Shown piece after piece: positions 14,137 to 27,339 of a DNA stretch of 64,000 nt. The translations under genes and the position numbers were made by a program. The number at the start of each line of letters is the position of its first letter. Position 1 is the first letter of the stretch. The stretch is from Eledone cirrhosa (taxonomy: Eukaryota): positions 139,314,001 through 139,378,000 of the forward strand of contig OZ024740.1 of the NCBI GenBank assembly GCA_964016885.1, written 5' to 3'. The notes beneath the pieces were generated by a model. That model was not told the origin of the DNA, did no database searches, and saw nothing but the letters and a program-made list of their open reading frames with translations.

Positions 14137-14189
<53 letters not shown>

Positions 14190-14202
<13 letters not shown>

Positions 14203-15025
14203 TGTATCCCTGTCTGTTTGTTTGTTTGTTTGTTCACGAACTACTCCTATGGTTTTGGAGATTGATCCCCATAACCACATATATTCTGAAACTGCATTGT
14301 CCATGGTACTTGGATAAGTATATTTCATTTTAATCAAAGGGTTCCCAGGGGGCAGAAACCCCCGCTGAAAATGTTTTCCCTTCGATTTATATGAAATTTA
14401 AACCATAGGTAAATGATAAGATATGATGCCTTTTCACAAAATTTCAGCAAATTCCAATAATATTAAGACACCCTAATGGGGGTTAAACCCCCTTTAGTGA
14501 AAGTTTTGGCCAATAAATGGAACAAGATTTCACGAACTCCCCCTATGGTTTTGTTCACGAACTACTCCTATGGTTTTGGAGATTGACCCCCATAACCATA
14601 TATATTCTGAAACTACATTGCCAGAGTACTTGGTTAAGTATATTTCATTTTAATCCAAGGGTTCCCGGGGGCACAAACCCCCGCTGAAAATTCTTTCCTT
14701 TCAATTTATATGAAATTTAAACCATAGGTAAATGACAAGATATGATGCCTATTCACAAAAGTTTTGAATTGATATTTAAAAAAAAAATATTTACAAGAAA
14801 CAAAATAAGAATAAGATTTAATAATGTAATTTTGATTTGATATATTACAAAAAAAATGTTTTCCAATTTTTCATGCATTATATTTTACATTGAGTAATAT
14901 TGAATTGCAGAGTTTTTCACCTTAAATTATATCACTGATTTAAAATCAATCACCATTTTCTTAGAAAAAAAAAAAAAAAAAATGTTAAATGTGCGAAACG
15001 CGGCATGGCGCGAGTAATTCGGCTA

Positions 15026-15026
<1 letters not shown>
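14190..15026 (+). mobile_element. Non-autonomous Helitron with internal ~320-bp duplication
   Basis: Starts in a TA run followed by (GTTT)n; 14230-14440 is repeated at 14550-14760; 3' CGCGGCATGGCGCG hairpin then CTAG|T. Confidence 0.7.
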
Positions 15027-15067
<41 letters not shown>

Positions 15068-15206
15068 TCACGAACACATATATTCATTTATTATGGCTAA
15101 GTAGTGAGTCTTGATACTCTGGAGTTGTACTTGCGCACTCGTAGGATCATCAAATACGAGTCTTGACTGATGATCCTTGAGTGATAATCCTGCGATGTAC
15201 GGATAT

Positions 15207-15286
<80 letters not shown>

Positions 15287-17637
15287 CCCCCACCCCCCAC
15301 ACACGCACAAATACATACATACATATATATGTGTGTGTGTGTGTCTGTGTGTGTGTGCGTGTGTGTGTAGGGTGGAAGAGTATGTGTGTGTGTGTACACA
15401 AATTTATGAGGTGGTTAAAGCCAATTTGATCGACTTCCGTACACAAACATTAGAGATACCTGCCTCATCTTCCTCAAATGACACCATAATGTCTTTAATT
15501 AAGAAGGATGCATTGAATAATGTAGTCTCTGGTATAGCTTTTTAAATGAATTGTCATGAATGGAGTGCGTTTGATCACATGTCTTGTCTCCTCAATTATG
15601 ACTGACATGAGGCTAAATAACAACGGTGGATTGGCAGTATCAGTAGAGCGTTTGACACCATGCTTTGCAGCATAGAGTTACGGCTCTTTACGTTCTGATT
15701 TCAAATCCCGCCAAGGTCAGCTTTGCCTGCCATCCTTACGGGGTCGATAAAATAATGTACCAGTCATACACTGGCGTCGATTTAATCGACTTACCCCTCC
15801 CCCAAAATTGCTGGTATTTTGCCTATTGTAGAAACAATTATTTTGAATGGTGTTACTGTTTACTTCATTCTTATATGTTCCTCTTCTATGTCTCACCCAA
15901 GATATGAAAGTTACTACTCAGGTCACCGGACAAACATGAATTTGCATATCAAAAAATCTATAATCCTTACAAAACTGAGATCTCTCATATACAGCACGTG
16001 TAAGTTGCATGAATTCGATTGGCTAATATGACTATGCTAGTTTGCGCATGTCAACACCTCTCCGACCTAATAGTTACACACAAGAGTCTCGCTCCATTTC
16101 CTTTCCTTTGAAAACGAGTTGCTTACCGTCGAAATATAAAATATTATTTTACTTTCTTTATGGTGGATTGGCAGCATCGGTAGAGGATCGGACGCCATGC
16201 TTTGAAGCATAGAGTTACGGCCCTTGCTATTCTGAGTTCAAATCCCACCGAGATTAACTTTGCCTTTCATCCTTACGGGGGTCGATAAAATAAAGTACAA
16301 GTAATACACTGGTAATTGCTGGCCTTGTGCCAAAGAGTAGAAACAATTATTTTACTTTCTTTATTCTAGCTTCCAATTCTATATTTAAAATTTGCATTGT
16401 ACTGGCTTTTCCAAAACGATCATAACTATATATTTCACAATGATTCATATGAAATCACAGTTTATTTTATTTTGATTGTACATTACAATTATATCTGTTC
16501 AGTTTAGTGGAGAATTGGCAGAGTTATTAGAGCGTCGAATGTCTTGGTATTTGTTCCAATAAATAAAGTACTAGTCCATGGGTTAAGTATTGACAGAATT
16601 GTTAAGGGTCGGACGAAAGATTTTGCAGTATCTCATCCGGTCCTTATGTGTTCCGATTTCCAGCACCGTTTCCTTTTGTCAGATGTTACGAACGGTAGAT
16701 AGTATTTGCAATGGAAAGAAAGACCAACGGAAACCTAGTTTCCTTGTTCCGATATGACGACCGGATATCCATCCATGTTGTCCAGTAATTTTCCATGTCT
16801 CTATATTATCGTTCCTACATTTTTTTCTCTGCAACTTTCCTCATTATATATTTTTTCTATCGTATCCATTATATAATGTCTCAGAATTTCAAGTGAAGAT
16901 ATCCTGTGTCGATATCCAGTTGCTTACTGTTTGGCTGTATATACTCTATTAAATGTGGGATTTTCCTTACCTACATATTCCTAGGTGCTTGTATATTCCA
17001 TGGGTTTTAAATTCTCTTAATGCCCAAGTATTCCAGAGTGGTTTAAATAGTTTCTTTTAAAACATTTATTTAATATTATTTTCTCAATATTTATTATATT
17101 TTTCATCTTAATTTTCATTCCTATATCTTTACCAAACATTGTGACTCTATGGAATAGTAATTCTATATGGCTGCAGCTTAAATTAGCAAACATCACCTTC
17201 AAGTCATGCCTATATAATGTGATTTAGTATGCCTCCTTTCATTTGTATCCACGTTTTCTCTACATTATTGTTGGAAGAAAAAAGCTTATTTTTTCGAATT
17301 ATCCCCCCACGCACACGGTGATTTGTATTCTATTTTTCTACATTATTTTCCGAAAAGTACAGTATGTTTATCGTGTTTACCATTCATGTTAAACTACGTT
17401 AAACTACATTCATGTTAAACTACATTACTTTTTCAGTAATGTTAACGATCAAATTTATTTTCTTTTGCAGTGACTGTGTTTTGGTGTGACTTTCCTCACG
17501 GGAGTTCCATTGCCTATTACAAGCATCACACCCGCCACTCAGGCGTCTACATATAATTATTACAAAATATTGTACCAATCAAGTACTGGGGTCAATTGAT
17601 CTCCCCTTCCACCAAATAACTGGCCTTGTTCCTAAAT

Positions 17638-17657
17638 TCTTCTTCTTCTTCTTCTTC

Positions 17658-17704
<47 letters not shown>

Positions 17705-17830
17705 TGTTGTTGTTGTAGTAGTTATAGTAGTTGTTGTTGTTGTAGTAGTTATAGTAGTTGTTGTTGTTGTAGTAGTTATAGTAGTTGTTGTTGTTGTAGT
17801 AGTTATAGTAGTAGTAGTAGTAGTAGTAGT
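17638..17830. repeat. (TTC)n/(GTA)n/(GTT)n trinucleotide repeat with a 27-bp higher-order unit
   Basis: TAGTTGTTGTTGTTGTAGTAGTTATAG repeated ~4 times. Confidence 0.9.
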
Positions 17831-19059
17831 AAACGGGGTCGTTAAAGCATCGAGAAAAAATTCTTTGCGTCATTTACCGAGGTCAACTTTGCCTTTTATT
17901 CTTCCAGGGTCGATAAATAAAGTACTGAGATCGATATAATCGACTTTCAACTTTACCCCAGAATTGTTGACCTTGTACTTTAATTAAACGCCATTATTAT
18001 AATTAATGAAATATGGGTGAGGGAGTGAAAATATTTCAGTTCTTTTTATTTTCGTTCTTTACGATGATATGAGGAGGAGATAATGAGAACGAAGAAGAGA
18101 AGACGGAGGAGGTGGAGGAGGAGGAGGAGAAGGAGAAAGTAGTGGTGGTGGGGCAAGAGGGGGCTATTGTTTTTTATGTTTTTGATGTTCATAATTTTGA
18201 TGATGAGCATGAGGATATTGTTAATGATGAGAACGATAGCGATGATTATAAAAATAATGATATCACTCACTATAACGATGATATTTTTGATGATGATGAT
18301 GGGGATGGCGATGATAATGATACTATTGACGATAATGATAATTATATTGATGATGTTGATGAGAAAGGTGGGTGAGGGATGGTGATAATGAGAATGCTTG
18401 TGCTGGTGTTAATTATGATTGTTTCTACGTTAGGCACAAGGCCAGCAAATACCCAGTACATTACTGGTACTTTATTTTATCGACCCCGTAAGGATGAAAG
18501 GCAAAGTTAACCTAATTATGATGAAATAAAGTATTAGAATGGTGACGGGGAATAGGAGGAAGGTTCGGAGATACTGATGAGGATGACAGTGATGATAAGA
18601 ATTATGGTGAGAAGAATAACTAGGAAGAAGCGGAGAAGGAGGGAGAGGAGAAGAGGAAGGGGAGAGAATGACACAGCTGTTCTTACAGCCGGTGATATTC
18701 ATATGGGCTTAGTAAAACAGCGAAAACATAAAACTTAAAGTGCCAACGACAATAACAAAGATGATTTCTAAAATGTATATTTGTGGGATGAGACAGGAAG
18801 AAATGATGGTGGTGTGGTTGACAACACCCCGCACCGCCGGCTGAATAGGGAGCACGAAAGAGATTGAAGAGATAGTTAATTTTCATAAATGAGTCATAGA
18901 TTGGCAGGAAGGAAGGTATAGATTGTTAGACAAATACATACATACATACATACATACATACATACATACATACATACATACATACATACATACATGATGG
19001 CTGCCCCCTCGTTATCGAGTATGGCCATTGCACAATAAAAAAAAAAAAAAAAAAAAATA

Positions 19060-19099
<40 letters not shown>

Positions 19100-19178
19100 G
19101 CAATAATAATAATAACGACAACAACAATAATAATATACATATTCATATATATATACACACACACGCACGCACACAAGC

Positions 19179-19204
<26 letters not shown>

Positions 19205-19216
<12 letters not shown>

Positions 19217-19440
19217 GATAGCAACTAACAGTGCTGCGATCGAATGTGGCTTTTTAGCCCAGCCAATGATCCAAAATGTCTTGCACAGAGTCGGCAACCA
19301 AAACATTTACTGGGAATAGTCGGCTGTGGTTGGAGTTCGTGTACTTTTGCATGTCGCTTGAGTCCTCCTGCTGATTTACATTCTCTACCACATGTTTGGC
19401 AAGCATGATGAGTAGCATCTCCAACAGCAGCCTGGTAGTC
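19205..19440 (-). mobile_element. 3' fragment of an RTE-like LINE (two C2H2 fingers)
   Basis: HACQTCGRECKSAGGLKRHAKVH...CRLCARHFGSLAGLKSHIRSQH; homologous to 9241-9345 and ~20920-21090(-). Confidence 0.7.
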
Positions 19441-19479
19441 ATACATACATACATACATACATACATACATACATACATA

Positions 19480-19790
19480 CATTAGGAAATTACAAGTACA
19501 ATCCATTAATGGAACAGTAAAAATATGTAAAACATTCCAAAAATGTTGCATCAAATAACTGCATATACACATGTACAGATGCAAAGTATATACACATGCA
19601 CACATACAACTCAAAACTTCCACATCCACACACACAATAACATCCATATCAACACATGCATGCAGACATACATATCTACCTAATTGATGTGTACATTCCA
19701 ATGAGAGAGTCTTGTGTCTATGTTAGAAACCGACTCTGTCTCTATTGGCAACATTTTGTGAAATTATAAAACCAGAAGAACATACATACA
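19480..19790 (+). mobile_element. 3' UTR of an RLE-type LINE (inverted copy of 39320-39620)
   Basis: Reverse-complement match over ~300 bp, ending in (CATA)n. Confidence 0.7.
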
Positions 19791-19943
19791 TACATACATG
19801 ATGGCTGCAAACTCTGCTAAGAGTATTGCAATTGCTTGTCAGATTACAGAAAATGGTGCACTTTTAGGCTATGGCCAGCCACACGAACCTGTAACAGATC
19901 CTGAACAAGCAATGCCTGTGCTTTGAGGGTTTTTATTAACATA

Positions 19944-20804
19944 CGAGATGTGTCAGAAAAGTTCCAGGACTGATGTCACAAAAGATTTATTTCAAACCCA
20001 AACTTCACACTAAGAGTTTTCGCCTTCAAAATAATCCCCCTGGAGTCTAATGCACTTTTCCATCCTTTTCTGCCACGTTTGCATGCACTCCTGGAAGGAT
20101 TCTTCCGGGATCCTCCGCAGTTCCGTCATCACGGCCTTTTGATGTCGTCCACGTCTTCAAAACGGGTCCCCTCCGGGTCGTACTCGAAGATCCATGACTC
20201 ATCACCGGTGATGACTGTCCCTAGCAAGTCTGGTTCGGTTTCAAGACGCTCGAGGATGTCCTGGCACACTTGCATGCATCGACCCTTCTGGTCATCGTTC
20301 AGCAGTTTTGGCACCATCTTCATGCAGACTTTCCGCATGTCCAAATCTTCAGTGAGAATCTTCCAGACACTGTCCCGATTCATGCCCAGCTCATTTGCCA
20401 TCAGTCTAAAAGTCAGCCGACGATCGCTACGCACCATCTGCCTGACGCGCTCAACATTGACCTCAGTCCTGGTTGTTGACGGCCTTCCGCTCCTGGGGTC
20501 ATTTTGCACCACTCAAAAACACGTGAGCGTGACATCGTCTCATCTCCATACACTTGCTGCAGAAATCCCAGTGCTTCTGACGGAGTTTCCCCCAACCGTA
20601 CCAGAAACTTCAAGTTTGTTCGTTGCTCTGTGCTCATTGCTTGACGACCTGAAACAGAGGACATGTATATAAAATTATGAAGAAAACGTTTGATCGCTGC
20701 AGAGAGCAAAGATTACAGTTACATACTCCAAGGGGATTACTTTGAAGGAGAAAACTCTTAGTGTGAAGTTTGGGTTTGAAATAAATCTTTTCTGACACAC
20801 CTCG
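19944..20804 (-). mobile_element. Internally deleted mariner (Tc1/mariner) transposon
   Basis: TA target duplications; ~100-bp terminal inverted repeats starting CGAG(A/G)TGTGTCAGAAAAG; frameshifted transposase with MSTEQRTNLKF..., DPRSGRP, MVPKLL and ITGDESWIFEYDPE, after which the rest of the catalytic domain is deleted. Confidence 0.92.
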
Positions 20805-20869
20805 TACATACACACATACGTACGTACGTACATGCATACATGTATGCGTGCATACATACATACACAGAT

Positions 20870-21310
20870 GAGGGCATCCACCCAGTGATCGAGTATGGCT
20901 ATCAAACGACATCAACACGAGTCATGTTGGTGTTGCGAACGAATGTGGCTTTTTAGACCTGCAAGTGACTCACAGTGTTTACCACAGAACTGGCAGGTGT
21001 AAAATGCAGTCGAAAGCTCATTATGCACTTTAATGTGCCTTTTGAGCCGCCAGTTGAGCTGCATTCTTTGCCACTGCTACTACATTTTATGTTGTATTTC
21101 CTGTCATGGCAATTTGGTAATCGACAGGAGCTTTTTATTCATGACAGTAAAGATGGCATTTCTTACCAACTTTGCTGGAGCAGAATCTGTTATGGATTTC
21201 GGATGTTAAATCATGGATATCCCCATTTTGTTAAGGTAATTCGACAGCAAGAAACATTTTTGATATTCCTTAAAATTTGATCATGCTTTACCCGAGAAAG
21301 GGAACCCCAT
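20870..21310 (-). mobile_element. Degenerate 3' part of an RTE-like LINE
   Basis: Inverted tail GATAGCCATACTCGATCACTGGGTGGATGCCCTCAT; zinc-finger remnant (SLAGLKSHIRSQH-like). Confidence 0.55.
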
Positions 21311-21347
21311 CGAACATACATACAGACAAACAGGGAAACAGGGAGAC

Positions 21348-21379
<32 letters not shown>

Positions 21380-21433
21380 TGGCAGACATAGTTACGTTGA
21401 AAGATAGATAGGTATATATATATATATATATAA

Positions 21434-21824
21434 AATTCACAAGAATCAAATCTATGTTCAAAGCATTTATTCACTTACAATTGTTTCATCCAAACCTAGG
21501 CTCGGTGTCTTCGGAGCATTTTTCAATGTTTGCACATATAATTGACCTCCTTTCCGACGCAAGAGACATACAGATACACATATATATAATGATATACAGT
21601 GGAGTGACATATATTATACTATACTATTTTTGTACAGCAATTCAAAATCAAAATCAAAATTAAAATTCATTCGGCAGATAACACAGATAATGCAGGATAG
21701 TTTGATAATCAGATCAGATCTTACTGGTAATAAGGTAGTAATAAATTACTGACCTTCACTGTTTAAGGTTTAAAATATACATAACTATAAAAGTTTAATA
21801 TATACATAACCATAAATAGTATCC

Positions 21825-21830
<6 letters not shown>
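21434..21830 (-). mobile_element. Non-autonomous PLE-like element with HHR-like motif (21470-21520)
   Basis: Flanked by TA runs; homologous to 33205-33743; minus strand UGCU-CCGAAGA-stem II-GAAA-CAAUUG-UA-AGUG. Confidence 0.6.
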
Positions 21831-21896
<66 letters not shown>

Positions 21897-21904
21897 TTAT
21901 ATAG

Positions 21905-23023
21905 AGCAAAGTGCCTTCCTGCGGTCTAGGTTTTCATTGACTTTAGGAAGCCCTTTGACTCTGTGGACTGTCACTGCCTGATGAAGATCTTACAGGCTTA
22001 TGGAATCCCCAAGAAGATAGTGGACCTGATATCACTGCTCTACACCAACACCAAAGCCCAAGTCATTACACCTGATGGGATGACAGAGTTCTTTGAGATA
22101 CTGGCTGGAGTGCTCCAGGGAGATACATTGGCTCCCTACCTTTTTATCATCGTAGTGGACTATTGTATGCGCCTTGCACTGGAGAAACACCAGGACTCTG
22201 GCTTTACTGTAGCTCCGAATCAGAGCAGGAGAGTTAAGGCGAAAAAGATATCGGATGCTGAATTTGCCGACGACATAGTTTTGGTGACAAATACAGTGAA
22301 GGAGGCAGAGGATTTGATGCAGGAGGTTGAGACAGTGTGTCGATGAGTGTGGGGCTGAGAATGAACGAGACTAAAACAAAATATCTGGTAGAGAATGTTG
22401 AGAAGCCAGAGAGGATCACTAATGTAGGCGGGAAGCCGCTAGAATTGATTGAGGACTTCCTGTATTTGGGAGCAAAGATTGGGAATACGGAAGATGATGT
22501 GGTTGAGAGGAAGAACAAAGTCTGGGCGGCGTGCCACAGCTTGAGATCGGTGTGGAAGTCGGACCTTCGTAAAGACCTGAAAATCCGCCTCTTCATTGCT
22601 GTAGTGGAGTCTGTGCTGCTGTACGGGTCTGAGACTTGGACACTGACCAAGAAACTCACTCAGATGATGGATGGGTGCTACACGAGAATGCTGAGAATGG
22701 CTCTGAACATTAATCAGTATACACTGAGGATGAAAAACTCAGAGCTGTACGGGAGCCTCCCAAATGTCAGCTCAAAAGTGACACAGACAAGACTGAGGTT
22801 AGCTGGACATGCTCACCGACATCCAGAGTTGACATTGCACTCAGTGCTCCTGTGGGAGCCCCTACATGGACACACTGGAAGAGGAAGACCAAGGTTAACG
22901 TATGTTGATGCCCTAAGAACAGACACTGGTCTGTTGGAGACTCAGGACATTGCAGCGATAATGAGGGACAGAGACCGCTGGAGGGAACTCGTCCATGGAT
23001 CTCGGGAATTTTACCCGCCCTAG
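21905..23023 (+). pseudogene. 5'-truncated non-LTR retrotransposon RT (RTE-like), one frameshift near 22340
   Basis: FIDFRKPFDSV, GVLQGDTLAPYLF, FADDIVL, FLYLGAKI, VLLYGSETWTLT, GRGRPRLTYVD. Confidence 0.9.
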
Positions 23024-23032
23024 AAATATATA

Positions 23033-23210
23033 TTCTTCCTCACTTTCTGTTGCTTCACCATTTTGTTTGTTTACCCTCGCGTCCCCTTTATTTACGTGTC
23101 CCAACGTCTTTTTTTAGCCGTTGCTCGCACCAACCGGAGGTATATGGTCTTTAAAGCGATGAAATGCCTATGATCACTGGAAGATCACTGATGAAGGACA
23201 AACTTTTTTC

Positions 23211-23215
<5 letters not shown>
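23033..23215. mobile_element. Dispersed repeat family (also 50896-51030 inverted, 51081-51290, diverged 5850-6000)
   Basis: Near-identical ~180-bp matches visible by eye. Confidence 0.8.
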
Positions 23216-23249
<34 letters not shown>

Positions 23250-24403
23250 CTATCATCATCTTTACCATCATAGTAATCATCACAAACTTCGACACCATAA
23301 ATGTCCTCCATCACTTCACTTTCATCATAATAATCCCCATGCCATTACGGCTAACTTCACCATATCACTACTATCACCATCCGTACGATTTTCTCTAGCC
23401 CAGCGATATTAAACGAGAGACCCTTGTCTCCGAAGGGAAGAATTTCAAATCCCGGGAAAGAAATACCAATATACCTAACTAGAAGTACAGACATGATTTA
23501 AAAGAGTAAAGTTCCTCTTTGGTCACGAATCACCGGGGGTTTTGCACCTAAAAAATTGCCCCGTGAGACATAAATCCGCAAAAGGTGAGTTTGTTTCTTA
23601 ATACCAGCGATCGCCCGATACATTCAAATCCCTTCTCTCCATGCTACTGATGTTATTACTTCTCCAGCTGAGTGAATTTCAGCAAAGTGAAATAATGTTT
23701 TTTACTCAAGGAGACAAGGCACCACCCGGTCCAGAAATCGAACTCACAACTTCAAGATTGTGAACCTAACGCTCTAACCACTAAGCCACGTGTCCTCACG
23801 AATTAACAGTTTAAAAAAATGGGACTTAACAATTATTGAGATTTGGAAAGCTTGCTCGTGTTAATATGGTGCTCTGGGGAAAAATTACAAGGTAAATATT
23901 TTAAAAGAGGAGGAATTGAGGAAACGCGAGAATGCAAGGAATGAAAACCGATCTATGTTTCTGAGAACCATGGTGTCAACAAGAACATACTATAACTACC
24001 AAAATCACCAGTATCACCACTCTATCATCTCATTTTTTTACCACCAACAACCGTATCATCACAAACGTCATCATCATCACCTGTCTATGTAAGTATGATC
24101 TAGTTGAATTCATTAATTCCTCTGGCATACACACACACACACACACTTATACACATTTCTAATCCCCCCAAACATCACTTCCCCGTGGTAGGGACTCCCT
24201 TATAAAATAACCATACTCTTTATTACAAAAGTTACATCTGCAGGTTTTCTTCTCCACTGATGAAACTGTCAATCATTTGGTTAAGGATTGTAGGGGTAGT
24301 GTCGGTAGTAATGGTGATGGTGGTGTGCTGGGGGTAGTGATCGTGGTAGTGGTGATGGGGAGGGATCGGTAGATGTTGCAGCACTAGTGATGATCGTGGC
24401 CAT

Positions 24404-24462
<59 letters not shown>

Positions 24463-24900
24463 AGGTAAATGACAAGAACAGCAGCAGTATGATGGGGGTC
24501 GCCTGTTCTGAGTTGAGTTAATATGTGTAATAATTAGCTGAAAAACGAAGGACAGAAAACATGTCGAGATGTCAGCAACAATATATTTGACAACATCATA
24601 TGATACTCCAACACACACACTCTCCTATCCACTAGATGAAACATCCTGTCCTTGTTACCGCAATCCAACTCACACAATTCATGTCACTGTACACAAACTC
24701 ATACATTCCATGCCACGACACTCTAACATATACGTTAGATATAGTGGTATGGATTATATGTTAGAGTGTCGTGGCATGGAATGTATGAGTTTGTGTACAG
24801 ATATATATATATATATATATAGTGACGAAACATAAGACAATTGCATGAACTCATAATCCTTTATTTACTGCTATATATATATTTCGATGATAGCCATTCA

Positions 24901-25854
24901 TCTATCTATATATATAAAACTGTGGTTGTCTGTCTGTCTATCGATTTTTGGCACACATCTCCTCTTAGAATCTCTCACGGAATTGCACCGAAATTGCTAT
25001 ACTTGTACATTGAGCCCTAGCGAAGACATCGGAAAAAAAAAATTTCAAATTGACCCACCCTATGTGACGAAATCGAATATAATGTATCGATTTTTGAGCG
25101 TAAGTGATCAGTTATTTCCCTTTGTTCTGTTTACATTGAGCGTCTTACGTAAAAAATTACAATACACGAACAGTTGTCGAGCCAGCAAAATATTGACCTG
25201 CAAAATTCATCAGTTCGAACACTAAGCTTCCGTTTTGCTTCATTTCCATTTAAAAGCATTTTAAAACAATATTTTTACTTGAAAACAAGTCTATTTAAAG
25301 ACTACGTAAAACAAGCAAATATTTCGTCGTTAGGCGTGCAGACAGACAGTCGTGCAGACAGACAGTCGTGCAGAGAGGTGATATACGCGTGCAGACAGAT
25401 AGTCGTGCAGAGAGGTGATATAGGCGTGCAGACAGACAGTCGTGCAGAGAGGTGATATAGGCGTGCAGACAGACAGTCGTGCAGAGAGGTGATATAGGCG
25501 TGCAGACAGACAGTCGTGCAGAGAGGTGATATAGGCGTGCAGTCAGACATAACTGATAATTTGGTTACGCTAATGTTTTTCTCTGCGTTGCAGTGTTTAC
25601 ATTTTCGATCTTTGTTAATAAATAACCAGTGCCGTTTCTATCCCCAGCATCCTCTTTTGTTATAACATTCGGGTTATCGTTATGTTTTCTTAACTTCATA
25701 AGGCATATTGTTGGATGAGGGAATATTAATCAAAAACACCACATGCAAGTCTGCACAGTAGACACTACAGTTTTTAAGCCAAGAAAGAAACTTAACATTG
25801 TAACTTTAACACAGCTACTGAGCGACCCCGAGCAACGCCGGGCTTTACTGCTAG
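24901..25854 (+). mobile_element. Non-autonomous Helitron carrying a 37-bp minisatellite
   Basis: 5' TCTATCTATATATATAAAACTG; 3' CCCGAGCAACGCCGGG hairpin + CTAG; A|T insertion site. Confidence 0.85.
25332..25548. repeat. 37-bp minisatellite
   Basis: GTGCAGACAGACAGTCGTGCAGAGAGGTGATATAGGC repeated ~5 times with partial units. Confidence 0.9.
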
Positions 25855-26639
25855 TATTACATATAGCAGTAAATAAAGGATTATGAGTTCAGACAATTGA
25901 CTTATGTTTCGTCACTATTATAACTCCGGAACTTATATCTTCGTTGAGTGCTCCCTATCCGCATACTGAAGTACTGGATTTTACCAATACTTACTTTCTT
26001 GCTATATATATATATATATAATCCTGACTGGAGCATTTGAAGCAACAATATTCGCGATACAGAGACAGGCCATCTCCATCCACTAAATAGATTGAAAGGA
26101 ATATTCCAAAGTTGTTTTCTCTATAGCTTCATCAAATATGGAAAGTTATGTCCACGACCTTTAAAAAGACCTTCTAGACTGGCAGGATGGAAAGTGAATG
26201 ATATCTTCAAATTAGAAATCTTGTCCGAATATATCCAACGGAGAGGACACACCTAAAGCATCCCGAAATATTAAGCTTACAACTGTAACAGGCAACAGTG
26301 GGATTTGAACTCAGAATGGATAACCCTAAACAAACAACATAATATATCCCAACAATCCCTTAGCGATTCCTCCACTCCACTGTCTACATATGATGAATGG
26401 CTTAGTTGACCTCAGAGGGATTTGAACTTAATATATCTGATATCTGATTTACACATAAGGCCAACAACTTAAGGGATGGGTAAATTTGATTATATCGACC
26501 CAAGTAATTAACTGTTACTTTATTATCGATTTCGGAAAGATGAACGGCAGAGTTGACCTCGGCGGAATTTGAACTCAGAACGTAAAGTGTGACGCCCTAA
26601 CTACTCTGTGACAATCCACTGCCCTCACATTTGAACTCT

Positions 26640-27225
26640 TTATATATAACAATTTGCATCTTTGATGTAGTTTCTGAAACAAAAATACCACATAGAATCA
26701 ATATGACCGTCACTAACTCCAACAACATGTACTTGGAGACACAGTAACCTATCAAAGCTGGTATACATGTGCATTGTCACTCAATTTAAACTACTGAAAA
26801 AAAAATCTTTGTTATAATAATATGAACTTTCATCTGACTTAGAAAAGGACAATAAAGAAAAACTATGTAACTTTATCATAAAGACCACCACATATCACAT
26901 AATAAGCCTGACATAATTTACCCAGAAAAAGTTTACAATTGGGTACTAATTATCCACATAGAAATACCAGACGACTCTAATGCTGAAAAGAAATAAGCTG
27001 AAAAGCTATGGAATTACACTGACTTAGCTGCTAAATTAAAACGATTATGACAGTCAAGGAATGTGTACATCATTCTATTAGTATTTGGTACAACTGGAAC
27101 ATTACATAACCAGTTTTGTTAAGACATTGACAGGTTACATATGAGGATAGACACGACACATTTCAGAACATAGCAATTCTAGAATCTGTAAGTATTGTCA
27201 GGGCCTTCTTATTTGAAGCTTGGGA
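26640..27225 (+). pseudogene. Degenerate restriction-like endonuclease (RLE) domain of an R2/R4/NeSL-type LINE
   Basis: HNKPDII...IHIEIPDDSN...DLAAKLKRL...VFGTTG across frameshifts. Confidence 0.6.
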
Positions 27226-27339
27226 ATATTGAGCACTTCTTTATATGTGTACGTTTTTGTGACAATTGATTGAATATTTTTATACATGTATTTAATTCTT
27301 GTTTAAAGAAAGGAGACTAAACCATGAAAGATAATAATA

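Noticed and set aside
18060-18420. Acidic D/E-rich ORF
   Set aside because: Degenerate (GAT)/(GAG) trinucleotide repeat with no other coding signal
23185-23200. CTGATGA in the 23.0/51.2/5.95 kb family as a hammerhead
   Set aside because: No downstream GAAA box or closing stems in any copy
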